64,000 bases of DNA from Octopus bimaculoides. Lineage: Eukaryota. Location of the stretch: assembly GCF_001194135.2 (NCBI RefSeq), contig NC_068983.1, forward strand, positions 23,294,182 to 23,358,181. The letters run 5' to 3'. The notes under the pieces are model-generated. The model saw only the letters and a program-made list of their open reading frames with translations. It had not been told where the DNA came from and ran no database searches. Both the position numbers and the translations under genes were made by a program. Positions 37,593 to 51,231 of the stretch are shown in pieces (position 1 is the stretch's first letter; each line of letters opens with the position of its first letter).

Positions 37593-37978
37593 GGCGCAGG
37601 AGTGGCTGTGTGGTAAGTAGTTTGCTTACCAACCACATGGTTCCAGGTTCAGTCCCACTGCATGGCACCTTGAGCAAGTGTCTTCTACTATAGCCTCGGG
37701 CCAACCAAAGCCTTGTGAGTGGATTTGGTAGACAGAAACTGAAAGAAGCCCGTGGTATATATGTATATATGTGTGTGTGTGTGTTTGTGTGTCTGTGTCT
37801 GTCCCCCAACATCACTTGACAACCAATGCTGGTGTGTTTACATCCCCGTAACCTAGTGGTTCAGCAAAAGAGACCGATAGAATAAGTCCTGGGGTTGATT
37901 TGCTTGACTAAAGGCGGTGCTCCAGTATGGCCACAGTCAAATCACAAATCACTGAAACAAGTAAAAGAGTAAAAGAGT
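37593..37978 (+). mobile_element. SINE family A copy
   Basis: Family head and tail present. Confidence 0.85.
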
Positions 37979-38700
37979 ATATAACATCCTTTTGCCAAGG
38001 ATATTTGTAGATTAAGTAAATACAAGGGGGTGTAAAACCTAAATTATAGGTTTGGGTTACAAGGAGGTTACCAGCAACATTGTGCCACAAACCATTAAAA
38101 TTGAAATTTGGTTACAGGCTCAATTTTCAGGGACTTTATCACTTGTGTTTCTGAAATTGTCACTGCTGAAACTATACAGTATTTGTTAAGGTGTAGAACT
38201 GATTTTAAAGCTGATAGATTTGGTTTGTTGAGAGGGATTTGACGACAGCATTGAGGAACTAAGGAGAGGATGTGAAACGAATATACATGCTTAAATATGT
38301 ACATATGTATAAAATATATACACACACTTAAGCATACATAACTGGCATTTTGTTGGTTATGATGATGAGGGTTCCAATCAATCCAATCAATGGAACAGCC
38401 TGCTCATGAAATTAATGTGGAAGTGGCTGAGCACTCCACAGACATGCATACCTTTAACATAGTTCTCAGAGCGATTAACATGACACAGAATGTGACAAGG
38501 CTGGCCTCTTGAATTACACACACAATTAATTTATGTCAGCTGAATGGACTGGAGCAACATGAAATAAAGTGTCTTGCTTAAAAACACAATGCGCCACTGG
38601 GAATCAAACTCATGACCATACAATTGTGAGCCGAATACTGTAACCACTAAGCCATGGGGTCTCACTCTCTGTCTCTCACATATACATACATACAACCTAC

Positions 38701-39294
38701 GGATCTTTTTTAAAACGGGGGGCCACATTTTTCATTAATGTTTTACGTAGTGTTTTTGGTACCGAAAGACTTTCAAACTTCGTATACTTATCTATTTTGT
38801 GTTATAGAACAGAAAAATATTTTTGTATTCAAATTTATTTCATGTAAAAAATTGTCTTATTTCGATAATTTCAACCAATCACTGACAAGTATTCAGTTGT
38901 TTACATTTACTCCTTTGGCTGATTAAGCCATAGCTTCGTTTTATTTGCTTTTTTCATTTTAAATTTGCTTTTTTCATTTTCTTTTTTTTTTCTTCGTTTT
39001 ATTTGCTTTTTTCTTTTTAAATTTGCTGTTTTACCCTAACCCTATCACCGATAGAATTGTTTCAGAATCGTTAGTTTATGTAGTCGGCACTTAATGTATA
39101 TCGGCTGAATGGACGTCAGTGATTGGTTGAAATTACAGAAATACGACAACTTTAACATGGAATAACTTAGTCTTCTTTAAAAAAAAAGAAATCCCTAAGA
39201 GAAAAAGATGTTTTATATGACACATTCTACCAGTGTTCCAAGTTTCAAAGTGTTTCGTTAATGAAAAATGTGGCCCCCGTTTTAAAAAAGATCC
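38701..39294. mobile_element. 594-bp non-autonomous DNA transposon with long TIRs and 8-bp TSD
   Basis: TIR ggatcttttttaaaacggggg(g)ccacatttttcatt at both ends; caacctac duplicated at 38693-38700 and 39295-39302; inner IR aatttcaaccaatcactgac / gtcagtgattggttgaaatt. Confidence 0.9.
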
Positions 39295-39349
39295 CAACCT
39301 ACATATATGTAAGTATGTGCAGTTATAGTCAAAAATTAGCTAGACTTAC

Positions 39350-39523
39350 CAAAAGAGCCTTAGTCATATTATCAACCTGGCAATCAAACTGCTGATCCCT
39401 TTCCAGCCCCTGGTTTTGCTGTTTGACATCTAAACCAGTATATTGTTCATTGTATTTTATAGCATTGAAAGTTAGACTTTTCACAGAAGGTGCAATTTGA
39501 GGTAGATTATTCAGATCCATCAT
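39350..39523 (-). CDS. TRPA1: TRPA1-like probable first coding exon (MMDLNNLPQIAPSVKS...CQVDNMTKALL)
   Basis: ATG-initiated 58-codon frame ending in a phase 0 GTAAGT donor; joins exon 2 as KALL|AAQNG, like insect RILR|AAESG. No motif support within the exon itself. Confidence 0.7.
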
Positions 39524-40103
39524 TAAGACATTGAATGAAAGATAGAAGAAAGATAGAGAAAGAGAACAAGACAGAAACAGAAAGAAAAACTAGAAAGAGT
39601 GAGTTGTTTGAAATCAATCCAGTGTCCAAGTGTAAACGGTCAAAGCTAAGAACTGGCAAACATCTGAAGACATTTCCAGCCTAGATATAAAAGCTACTGA
39701 ACATCAGCATCACAAAATAAACAGTGATGACACGTAGTTAAGGAAATTGTTGATTATTTGCTGAAGAGATTAATGAGGAAATTAAAACAAAAATTAGATT
39801 AAGAGTTTGTAATGTCTGTGTGAGTGTGTGTGTATGTGTGAAAGAGTACATTTCATCACTGTCTGTTGCTCAACAATAAATGAATCTCTATCATGTTAAC
39901 AAACAGTTGCACATTTACTACACTAGATACATTTACTACACTAGATAAGGAAGTTAAATACAATATTGACTAATTTTTATCAATAATTGAAATGAAATAA
40001 AATAGATATTGAAATGATGATGATAATGTGAAAGAATGATCTACAGCCATGACTTGCACTTGAGGATGATTTGGCAGCATGTACCCTATTTTAACTAATT
40101 GTT

Positions 40104-40480
40104 TTAGGTACTTCTGTAGTCATGAACAGAGAAAAGCATTCTGAAGCACTTAAATCCTTGATTCTCAACTAGGAATTGAAACCTCAGTCTGAATGTTTCT
40201 GCCAGCTTCTTTCCTTTGTTCACTTGGAGGTTCATGAAAGTCAGTTTGTCAACTGTCTGACTTTCTTGGGTCAAGTTCAACCTAGATAATCCATGAAATA
40301 TCCTTTGTTTCACTATGACTTATCAAGGGAATGGCTATAAATATGGAACACTAAACAGAATTCTGGCCTTCTTTTTTGGCTTGGCCCATGGCACAGATAA
40401 CACGCCTGTTTTCTTTCTTCAGTGTTGTTAGAGTTAAGATGTGTTTCTCTCTTTACTTGGTAGCTGTCGCTAAGGTAACA
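40104..40480 (-). mobile_element. Possible highly decayed LTR-retrotransposon gag-knuckle/protease remnant
   Basis: Broken frames read CYLCHGPSQKRRPEFC (degenerate CCHC-like), then LQVNKGKKL...FQFLVENQG (weakly like FLVDTG). Weak. Confidence 0.25.
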
Positions 40481-40529
40481 TACCTCTCTTATCCTCTCTG
40501 TAATTTTCAGAGAGATAAATTCTCTAAAC

Positions 40530-40774
40530 CAACGGTTCTCAACCATCTTTTGCTTATGGAACCCTTTGATTCCTGTTTTATTCCAGTAGACTCTTATAGC
40601 CATTCAACATTTAAAAAATCCTATTTTATTTTTATACTTAAATATAAGAAATTCTATTAAAAATTTGTTAAAATATTTTGTGTATTGTATAACCAATTTA
40701 CTGTACATAAAATTTAACAACAAAACCTTGTATGGACCACCAAAGATCATATGGACCCCAGTTGAGAACCACTA
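40530..40774. mobile_element. hAT (Charlie-like) MITE
   Basis: Ends caacggttctcaac...gttgagaaccacta; related copy at 53786-54010. Confidence 0.65.
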
Positions 40775-43700
40775 TTTAAAATTTTCTCTCTCTTTTGTTT
40801 AATGAACAGAGATATCTATACGAGGGACAATAGAATTATCCTTATGTATTAACAGGTTTGTTTTGTCATGGTAAATAAAAGTTATATTAACTATGATATT
40901 TCTTCTGTTATCTATTTCCATGGATTCCAAATTTACCAACAGCTACCCCAACTTTACTAAACTTCATCCACATATTGACCAAAACATCCGGATAATATAA
41001 AACACATTTATGGCTACAATCCATCTGTTACAATCATCTTAGTCTTTCCAATTTTGATCTAAAGGAATAATCAGGCTGTGATAGCTGAAGCAAGAGATGA
41101 TAAGATTACTACTGCACTTGTACTTTATTTATAGACTCCAAAACGATGAAAGGTAAGGTTGACATTGGCAGGATTTGAACTCAGAGAACCAGAACAAATA
41201 GAACACAAGCTATCCAATGCTCTAATGACTCAGCCAATTAGACCATCTTAAAGGAAATTAATGTAATAATAATATTGATGGTTTCTTACAAAGGCACAAG
41301 GCAACGACTGAAGTCAAACTCAGTATTTGATTTGTGTTTATGCTATTTATGAACTCTGAAATAAAGAAAAGCGAAGTTGATTCTGGTAAGATTTGAACTC
41401 AAAACCTAAAAGGTTATAATTTAAGTCTTCAAGCAATTAATTCATCATTTTTACTGTTTCTGCTATCCTTTCCTTTGTTATCTTCCAATTTCATGCTCGC
41501 AACATGAATATTTTAATACTTTTTCCATGCTGTATGACAGTGAGTTGGTGGAAATAATAATAAAGCATTTGTGTCTAACATTATTTACTTCTATCTTTTT
41601 AACACTTTAAAGTCCAATTCCTAGCAGAGATTATGTTGTTCCTTAGCATTTAAACCAGCCATATCAGAAAAAAATATTCTACCTATTTTATGTTTAAACT
41701 GACCAGATCTAAACTCTCACACCTAATCCTAAAATGTCATTCTAAAAATAAACAATCATATCATCAAAAACTCAAAGTTATGAAATAATGCATGATTAAT
41801 TCAAAACAATATGAATGAAAAAGCATTACATTTGATAGAGCAATCTCGATGCTAAAAATACATAGCAATAATATGCTGGAATCGATTTAATTTCTTTACT
41901 CTGTTGTATGTCTGAAGAAATTGATACAGGTGTAACACAGAATTTATGGCTTTTGATGGTCTGGTGTCTACTTTAGTTTGGATAAAATTATGAGCAAGAA
42001 TTTGAAACTCTCACAGCTACCAAACTCGTTTACTGGGCAGCATGCAGATGGTGTTGAGTGAAGCTGAGCTTTCTTTGTTTGTTCACATTACAGCTGTTAG
42101 TGGCACTACTTCAATTTTGTGAGATTCTTAACTTATTTTGCTTAAATTTAAACCAAACTTTGACTTCTAAGAGAGTGTTACTGATGGTGTCAAATGTAAT
42201 CCCCAGTCCATACCAATTCTAGCAAAAAGTTTAAAAAAACTGGATCATGATGTTTCAGTGTGGAAGCTTGTGAAATATGTGGTATTGGTTTACCAAATAT
42301 TTATGATATACCAAAGTAGAGAGAAAAGGTATGGAAATTTTATATAGGTAGTGATTCCAAGAACCAAATGACCATTTGGAAAAATACTGAGCATGACTGA
42401 GTGAAGATGGAGTGGTTTCAGACAACGAAGTGGAATTGTCAGGCAGCTTGATAATGGAGTAGGTTTGATTGTTCCATGAAGAATTTGAATTAGAAATGAG
42501 TGTGATTATAGTGCAGGTGTGTGTGTGTGTGTGTGTGTGTGCGTTGGGGGGAGGGTTCAAAAATTCAAGATGTATCATGGAATTTCTTTCAATAAAGTAT
42601 GAAGTAAAGCAGTCTGTGAACCATGAAGGAGGTATCAAGTATGTGGTTGAATTTTCCAAGCTTGTACATTATGCAGATGAATAGTGTTAAACTGGTGGTG
42701 CATACATTAAAAAGCATTAACAACAGATGAAGAAGCATCCACAGAATTCAAACTACCTAAGGACAGATTTACCATCTTGGGGTGCTGAAATGCAGCAGAC
42801 AGGCACAGATGTAAATTGTTAGTGATAGAAAAAAGTAAATGCCCCAGGGTCTTGAAAGTTGTTGAAATTTACTTCCTAACAAACTGTTCAGATAAAAAAT
42901 GGTTGGATTACAATTGAAATTACTGCAGAATGGTTTTAAAAAAAAACTTTTATTAATGTCAGAGGACACTGCACATCAGTATGCCTCTAAGAAGGTTATA
43001 AAATTAGTCTTTTTAGGTCAATTTTCCAGCCCACCCCACCCCAAAGCTAAACTCTGGTGTAAGAAAATTGTTTATATTGTGTATTTAAAACCCAATTGTT
43101 TGTCAGTTATCCAGCCCCAAGATCAAAGAATTCTGAAACCATAACATAGTTGATTTCCTAATTCAGTTAAAACCGTTTTTACTTATTTTACTAATAACAA
43201 TAATTATTTTTACTTATTTTACTAATAGCAATAGGAAAGGCATGAACATGACAATGGTTTATAGGTTCGTTCTATTCAATAGGTCTGAGATAAAATTCAG
43301 AATGGAGATCATGGCTAGAATGACATTGGCCATATGTTTACTTGAGGACCATCTGGGATTAAACAGCAACAGTCTATTTGCATTTCAAATAATTACAAAT
43401 TAGCTAATATTTACTTATTATATTGCAATACATATTTTCCTTCTATTAATTCCTGGAAGCAGGAATTAAAAGATTCAGGCATTAGGTACATCAGACCATG
43501 ACATTGTTTTCAAGACCTCCACTATACTGAAAAAAATCACAAGGTGATATATCATCTCTACAGTGTAAATATATAATCATACATGAGGCTTTTTCACTGT
43601 TGTGGACATTGGCCACATATATAGTATAACTACAGTCATGCAAACTGAATCCATTATCAAATTTAGATCATCAATTGGAAAGGTATGACCAGGACAACTC

Positions 43701-44589
43701 TCCATTACATTATTTCATAATTTTGAGGTTTCATTCTTAGGAAGGGAAGGAACGCGTGTGTAAAACAGAAGCTGGCTCGAATGAAGAGAAGAATTATCAA
43801 TTCAAATCCAATCATATAAATTTTTTGCACAGATATTTTTCTGTGGCAGAGTGCGCGCGCGCGCGCGTGTGCGTGTGCGTGTGTGACCAAGTTTTGATTG
43901 CTGGGTTAGTGCCCAGTTTTTCATCTCCCTTTGCTGAAGTTGAACCTAGTATTGTGAACTAATAAAATTCTCTACAATTTTAGTGTTCCCACTGCTTACA
44001 ATAGCAAAATATACCATTCAGTGCAGCCATTCATTGCAAAAGCTTTCACAGATGAGTTGAGAATAAGTATGCCTCAATGTAATTAAATAGTTTGCACGCA
44101 TCTTAGACTGCAAACGGCCTGTTATGTTATAACCATCAATGAGTTTTGCTTCCTCATTTTCAAAAAGCAGCATCTTAGATGCAGACTTTTGGGTTTTTCA
44201 GCAAAGATATGGTTGGATGCCTTTTCCTAATCATTTCAACTACAAATTGTTATATCCAGGAGATTCTACTCCAATAATTCTCTTTAGAGAGACTCACCAC
44301 TAGTTGCTGACAATCACAAAGCTAGTTGCTGTAAGCTTTCTGCACTGAAATATGCCATTCATCTTCCAGTAACTGTGTCCTTGTGCATGAGTTATAATTA
44401 TTTTGACTCATGAATATCATAAACTTAAGGTCTATGTAGTTGATAAACTATTTTTATCCACACATCTAATAAATTACTCTACAATTCTAGATGGCAATGT
44501 GATTTTTCCCAAATTCATAATAATGACACATTTTGAGAAAGTTCCAGCACTTGTCACACAGAACTGTCAGTGCAACTATGCAAGGTTTT

Positions 44590-44900
44590 CATACCTTTCT
44601 TATTCAGGTTATTCTATACAAACATGTGCACAAGATGGAATTCCAGTCTTGACTAACAAGCAAGTGGTTCTGAAGAATGCTTCCAGGTACCTGAAGAAAT
44701 CTGATTTGTCTGCCTCAGTCAGAGAACAAACAGCTACTAATATGAAGGCACAACCTTCATGGACCTTCAAGACCAAGACCACTGACGTATCTGGATAATG
44801 TAAGATGAGCCTCACCTTGATATCCGGACCATCTCAAAACAACACTGCCTCCCTGTTCAATCCAGGATGACCAAAAGACGAGTACATCTACTAGTCGTTG
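44590..44900 (+). mobile_element. Old RTE-type LINE 3' remnant
   Basis: Stop-ridden frame contains HGPSRPRPLTYLDNV, like the RTE C-terminal G.R.RGRP..TY.D motif. Confidence 0.35.
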
Positions 44901-45859
44901 ATAAGAAGCATATGTGTGCATCCCAGGAATTCTGGTCTAATATTTATATCTGGTAACTTGAGGTTTTAAAGCAAGGGACATTGTTTCAAAGCTAACCCTA
45001 AGTTATTGCATAAATTTGTTGAGCAAAGAACAATGACTTAGTTGATCCTACATTTGGGTCAACTGTGCATGCAGGTTTTCAGGGTTCTCCAAAAGGTCAT
45101 ATCAGATGTATACAAAGGCTTTCTGCTGATAATCCCACATCATGTGGAATTCTCAACAGCAAGTATTTGTACACTTTTAGAATGCCACTTCGAAAACAAG
45201 TTGGTCCAAGCACCCAAAAGTAACTGGAAACACTCTCTGTGGGACAAGCACATTGTAGTTCAGGCTTCTGCTACTAGAAGCCACTTGATATGACCCTCAG
45301 GCATCAGTCTGCCAACCAGCATCGTTGCGTACAGTCATACTGCCATGTAGTGTGTCTGTTTTACAGTGCTTCACTCCTGTTTGATTTTTGTGATGGCTGA
45401 AACAAAGGAATAATGTGTAACCATGAAATTCTATCTTCTGCTGGGAAAAACAGCAGCTGAAACAGTTGTCATGCTTCAAACAGCTTACATGAGTAAAACA
45501 ATTTATAAGCAGTTCTCAATGATTTTGTGAATTTTTCAAAAACGTCTGTCTTCTCTGCCCCACCCTGTAGCATCTTGCTTAGAAACAAGTAAGGGTTGGC
45601 AACAGAAAAGGCATCCAGCCATAGAAAAAGTCTCAATGAACTCCAACTCCATCTGATCAATGCAAGCATGGAAAAGTGGACATAAAATTTTCCAAGTGTT
45701 ATGATTGCTATATTAATGTAGGAAGTGTTTAAAAAAATATACAGTAGAAATAAAGGAAGTTTAATAATAAATTGCTATAATCCTTAAATTACACAGAGAA
45801 TTAAAATTGAAGAGGCAATATAAATATATAAACAGATACGTCATTAATACACAACAATT

Positions 45860-46313
45860 AATAAAACTTATGAAGATTTTTATTTGAAATCAATATGGCT
45901 AATGTAAATCAAGAACATCACAACACAAGAATCTTGAAAAGTTCGCACAAAAATGAGATTTAAAAATGAAAATTTAAAAATATTCACATTCATTATTGTA
46001 AAGTTTACGACAGTCAAAAAAAGTTTTTAAATGACCATGTTATGATAAAATCTTTGTTTTTGTTAAAACATTGCGCTTTGTTAATGGATGAGGTAAAACA
46101 CTATTTGTAAGGACAAAAAGGATGTTAATTTCTAACACAAATTCACAGAATATATTATGACTGCTAGTTCAGTATGTCTTTTATCTTTGAAACTGAGATA
46201 ACTAGAACATAAAACATCAGTGCCACAAAAATAACAAAACTATCACTTCAATCCAGTCACACTAAACGATGGAAGATGATGATGAGTGTGGAAGTACAAG
46301 AATCGTCTGCCAT
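45860..46313 (-). other. Probable terminal 3' UTR exon of the chromodomain-TM gene
   Basis: Strong acceptor tttgcttttatttcag; AATAAA on the minus strand at 45884-45879; lower boundary approximate. Confidence 0.55.
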
Positions 46314-46463
46314 CTGAAATAAAAGCAAACCAAAACTTTAAAAATGATTTAGAAAAAAAAAACAAAAAATGTTATGAATATACTTTATATCAGTAGTTCC
46401 CCAAAACCCTTTAACATTCACCATACTCTATCAAGTGCGATGCTTATTTATTCACATTTTCAA

Positions 46464-46693
46464 TTAACCCTTTAGCATCCAGGTTACTGTGAAATGATAT
46501 GCCTATTGTTCCCTGCAATTTGTTTTGAATTAATCATGCATTATCTTGTAGTTTTAAGATTTTGATGATGTGATTGTTTATTTTTAGAATGACATTTTAG
46601 GGTAAGTGTAAGAGGCCAGATCTAGTAGGTTTTGATATAGAATAGGTAGACTATTTCTGTCAGATATGGCTAGTTTAAATGCTAAAGGGTTAA
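46464..46693. mobile_element. piggyBac-like MITE (about 225 bp; TTAA-CCCTTTAGCA...TGCTAAAGGG-TTAA)
   Basis: TTAA on both sides and short TIRs. Other copies at about 41641-41857, 46700-46850 (partial), 51892-52115, 55183-55407, 57076-57303. Confidence 0.8.
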
Positions 46694-47996
46694 TTAAACA
46701 TTATCTTAGTAATATCAAGATTTAGATGATGTGACTTTATTTTTTGAATGGCACATAAGATGGGTGCGAGAGGCTGGATCTGGCTAGTTTTAACATAAAA
46801 CAGGTAGAATTTTTGGGCCAGATGCAACTAGTTTAAATGTTAAAGGGTGAGATTAAAATGAAATTTTCTCACAGACCCCAGTATTTTGAAAGATCTTACT
46901 CAAGGTGATTTCACTAACTGACAATATACACATTCTTCCGGTTTCATCTCTCAAAAGATATGCAAGTGAATAATTATATGCTGAGGAATTAAACATTTTA
47001 CACAGCAGCCTTTTAAAATTTTGAACACAGATCATAGACCCCAGTACTACATTTGAGAATCCTTAGAAATCTACAAAGCCCAAGTTAGGAAATGCTGCTT
47101 TATTATAATGACAGGTGAAAATTTTGATTAGCTCATCTGTCTGCTGCCTATAAGCATACTTAATAATAAGATAATTTTATGCATTTATGTTTATTTAGCT
47201 GAATGAAATAGCACATCAGGAAAATGATACAGACAGGCATTTTATATCAGTGAAAAAAAAATTCATATCTACTCTGTAATCCCAAACTAAGTACACCAAG
47301 AACTATGGTTCCTGGAGATGTCCACATTTTATTAAAAGGTGAGAAATTTAGCTTCATGATTCTAGGATTAAAAAATTCTTTGCACAAGATGAAGAGGTAT
47401 CATAACGGTCAAATAATATTGATCTAGTTATGTTCAAAATTACAATATGCATATGGATTTTTGTTTTGTCACTTTTTCATCTTGTAGATATTATTCTAAC
47501 AATATTTTTAACATTATACGTACACTAAAAGTAGCTTTTGATTTTTTCTTCTACTTGCTACACGTGGAAGAATCAGTGTCTATGACTTTTGTAGGCCTCT
47601 CAAAACTAGAGATATTGATGCTAATGTTCCTCCTGAATCTTTGTAAGATAACACCTGCAGGAAAGGTACAAGGAAGGAGGGAATTCCTGAGGGACAACAT
47701 TCTGGGAAGGATTAATGTGGAATCTGGGGGTGGGGAAGGAGGGTTAAGCATAAAAGAATTTTTTTAAATTAAAGTCTTTTCTAATCCTTAAATCAGAAAT
47801 GATATGAAAGCAAAATTTCAATAAACTAATGCACTATAAAACAAGCATTACAGCTGAATACGAAAGAATAGGAATGGTTACAGCACTAATTAATACAAAC
47901 AAAATACATTTTTTTCTTTTTCTATTTCAAAATTAAAAATAAGTATGAAATAAAATAAACATCAACTTACAATGAGAAGTATGAATTTTCGGCAGG

Positions 47997-48317
47997 TTAT
48001 TTTACGAGGAATTTCCCAAGTAAGAAACTAATTGCAACAATTATTAAGCCAACTATGCAAACAACAATAGGCCAGGTCTTTTCAGAGTGATTTCCAACAC
48101 ATGTCACTGCGTCAGAAGCAATGCTTTCTTCCTTTTTCTCATCAGGTTCAACAGAATCAACTGAATCAACAGTGCTCTTTTCCTGTACCTCATCATTTAT
48201 ATTGGTATTCTCTTCTTCCTCTATTTCAGCAGCCTTTGCTGCTGCTCTCATTTTGATCCTTCGAGTTAATACTGTGGTTAAACTTTCTGATATTGGTGTG
48301 TATACTTCTGTTTTTTC
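47997..48317 (-). CDS. Chromodomain-RS-TM protein, last coding exon (acidic linker + TM WPIVVCIVGLIIVAISFLLG + KFLVK*)
   Basis: ctttatttttcag acceptor, phase 0, 106 codons then TAA at 47999-47997; exon continues 26 nt to a GTAAGT donor at 47970. Confidence 0.85.
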   Translation of the reverse strand, partial: EKTEVYTPISESLTTVLTRRIKMRAAAKAAEIEEEENTNINDEVQEKSTVDSVDSVEPDEKKEESIASDAVTCVGNHSEKTWPIVVCIVGLIIVAISFLLGKFLVK

Positions 48318-49104
48318 CTGAAAAATAAAGATTAAAAATATACATTTTAAAAACGATTTATTTTCTGTATGATGCAACTTCCTTAAACGGCTGTTTGAAA
48401 AGATATCCAAAACCATTAAAAAAAAACAAAAACAAACAAATAATGAAACTTTAGTTTATAGATTGCCTCAGTCTATAACTGGAATGAGCAGGAGCCAAAG
48501 GGGAGCCTCTACTTAATTGATCTGCTAGAAATCTTCCTCAAATTGTATTAACATTTTAAATAAAAGACACTGACTAATGAAATCCCTAATATACACAAAG
48601 ATGGGATGGAACACTTGCTTGATAAGGGTTATTCTGGGACTAAACTAGGATATGCCACCTTTTTAGATTGCTCAATATGACAGCTTTGAATCTGATACAG
48701 TATCTTCAAGAAGGAATTGCCTAAAATGTTAACTGATGTGCTATAGCTATTAAATAACATTTCTCTTCTTTATCCTGGCATAGGCATGGCTGTGTTGTAA
48801 CAATGTTCATTTTATAATCATGTTATTTTGGTTATCTCTTTGCATAACACCCTGGGCAAGTGTCTTTCTACTGCAACCTTCAGTTGGCTGATCAATGTAT
48901 TGTGAGTGAAACTGGGAGAGAAATTTTACAAGAGCCCCACTGTATGGCTAAAAAGCTCACTTTGCAACCATGTAGTTTCAGGTCCAACCCCTGTGTTGCA
49001 CCTTGGGCAAATGTCTTCTACTGTGGCCCTAGGTTGACCAAAGCCTTGAGTGGATTTGGTAGATGGCAAATGAATGAGGTCTGTTGTTTATGTGTACAGA
49101 AATG

Positions 49105-49254
49105 GCTGTGTAATAAGAAGCTTACTTCCCAAGCACATGATTCTGGGTTCAGTCCCACTGTGTGGGACACCTTGGGCAAATGCCTCCTACTATAGCCTTG
49201 GGCCAACCAAAGCCTTATGAGTGGATTTGGTAGAAGGAAACAGGAAGAAGCCTG

Positions 49255-49315
<61 letters not shown>

Positions 49316-49570
49316 GATAGATAGATACACACACATATATATATACATATATATACATACATGTGTGTATGTATTTGAGTGTGTTTGTCCCCGCCACCAT
49401 CGCTTGACAACTGATGTTGGCATGTTTACGTCACTGTAACATAGCAGTTCAGCAAAAGAGACTGATAGAATAAGTACTAGGCTTATAAAGAATAAGCCCT
49501 GGGGTCAATTTGTTCGACTAAAAGATGGTGCTCCAACATGGCCGCAGTCAAATGACTGAAACAAGTAAAA
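49105..49570 (+). mobile_element. SINE family A copy with expanded (TG)n
   Basis: Family head, body and tail present. Confidence 0.8.
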
Positions 49571-50913
49571 GAAAATAAAAAGAAAAAATGTGTGCACATT
49601 ATGTGACAGTTGCGAAGGGGTATCATCGACATAAAAGTGAGGTCATGGTAGGTGGGGGGATACATTACCTTGCTCAGAAACAGGTGATGGTTAGTGACAG
49701 GCATCCTGTTGTAGAAAATCTGCTTCAACAAATTCTTTCTGAGCCATGCAAGCATAGAAGGAGAGTGGACGTTGAGATGTATACTTGCTTGCTCTCATCT
49801 ATTTTCATCGATTGTCAGTAATTATTATCTATCTTTCAAGTAAAGGATCTTTTATTTCACACATCTTCAAAAAGATGCAATACCAGCAGATGGTTGAATG
49901 GAGAACTGACAACAACACTGCTTATAGCTCATGCTTTTCAGAAGCACAAATGCAAACACACATACAACAGACTTCCTTCAGTTTCAATCTACAAAATACC
50001 CTCACAAGATTTCGTTCAGCTCAGGAACATAATAGCAACACTTGCCCAAGGTGCCATGCAGTAGGATTGAACCTGAAACTACATGGATAGAAAGTGAACA
50101 TCTTAACCACACAACCATACTTCTGTGTGTGAGTATGTGTGTGCACACATACATTTATTTCTTCTTCTTTGCAATGACACTATATGTTTAGGTTTCCTGT
50201 AAACAATACATCCTAGAACTTGCCGGTTTTGATGTGTGAAGACCAATGGAATAAAAATACCAAATCTGTAAAAAAGGTAATGGTTGACAACAGGCTGGGT
50301 TGTCTTCTCCTAAATTTCATTTGTTTAAAAATTAATGTTACCCTTATAGATATTTCAACAAAAAGGTTATGGGTGTCACACACACATTTAGTATTCCATT
50401 GTCCCTGTAGAGAAGGCCTGTTATTTCACAGGACTCAGTAACTCACTTTATTGTTGGCAGCTCTTACTGAAATGTCTAATGCCCATTTCTTACAGCTAAC
50501 AGCATCTTAACTTATTCAGAAGTAGATTAGTCTCTTCTGCTTAATTTTAGAAAACTGAACCCATGGCACCCTGTTTAATATGAAAATGTTTATGTAATGT
50601 TTTCAATAAAAATGTCTCTCCAGCTTACAGACTCAGAAGTTGGATCCTATGTGAATGTTCAAGATGTTTATTTTCCTTCTGAATGGGATGCTGGTCAGTC
50701 ACAGTTAACCATCACCAGATACCACTAGCACTAATTTTCAGCTGAGTATTCTAGAGCAACAGGGAATAAAGTATTTTACTCAAGGATACAATGTGTCCAG
50801 TCTGAGGATTGACCCCCTTGATTTAATGATTATGAGCTCAACTACTTCATCATACACCTTCTCTTATAATAAGAGTTTATCACATCAGAACAAAGAAATT
50901 TGCCATGACTTAC

Positions 50914-51231
50914 TGTAGTTATCCTGGTTGATGTAAAGGAAGTAACAGGAGTCTGTTCAACGCCTTCATTCGAAAGCTCTGTGACAACTGATTGGCTGTC
51001 AACGACCTCTTCCAGTTGAGTTGTACTGTCTTCCGTAATTTCTTTTGTAACATCTTCACTTGGTGGTATGGTTTCCAAATCTTCAGCTGGAGCTACAATT
51101 TTTTCTTCAGGCGGAGCTATTATTGGTGTGCTTTCTCGAGACGGTTTCTCTGGGGTGCCTATGTCTCTCTTTACAGGAAGCTTTGTTCGGGTGCGAGATC
51201 GAGAACGGGAACGTGATTTTGAGCGACGTCT
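50914..51231 (-). CDS. Chromodomain-RS-TM protein, middle exon (RRRSKSRSRSRSRTRTK...GTPEK...RITT)
   Basis: tttgctatcag acceptor, GTAAGT donor, 318 nt, phase 0/0; RS dipeptides, then an E/T/P/S-rich linker; CpG retained. Confidence 0.88.

Noticed and set aside
46240-46313. Alternative frame of the last exon reads (D)GRRFLY, like LBR DGRRLKY, hinting at a sterol-reductase vestige
   Set aside because: Only 7 residues, wrong phase for the upstream donor, stop soon after, and no other reductase exons seen; chance level unless orthologs support it.
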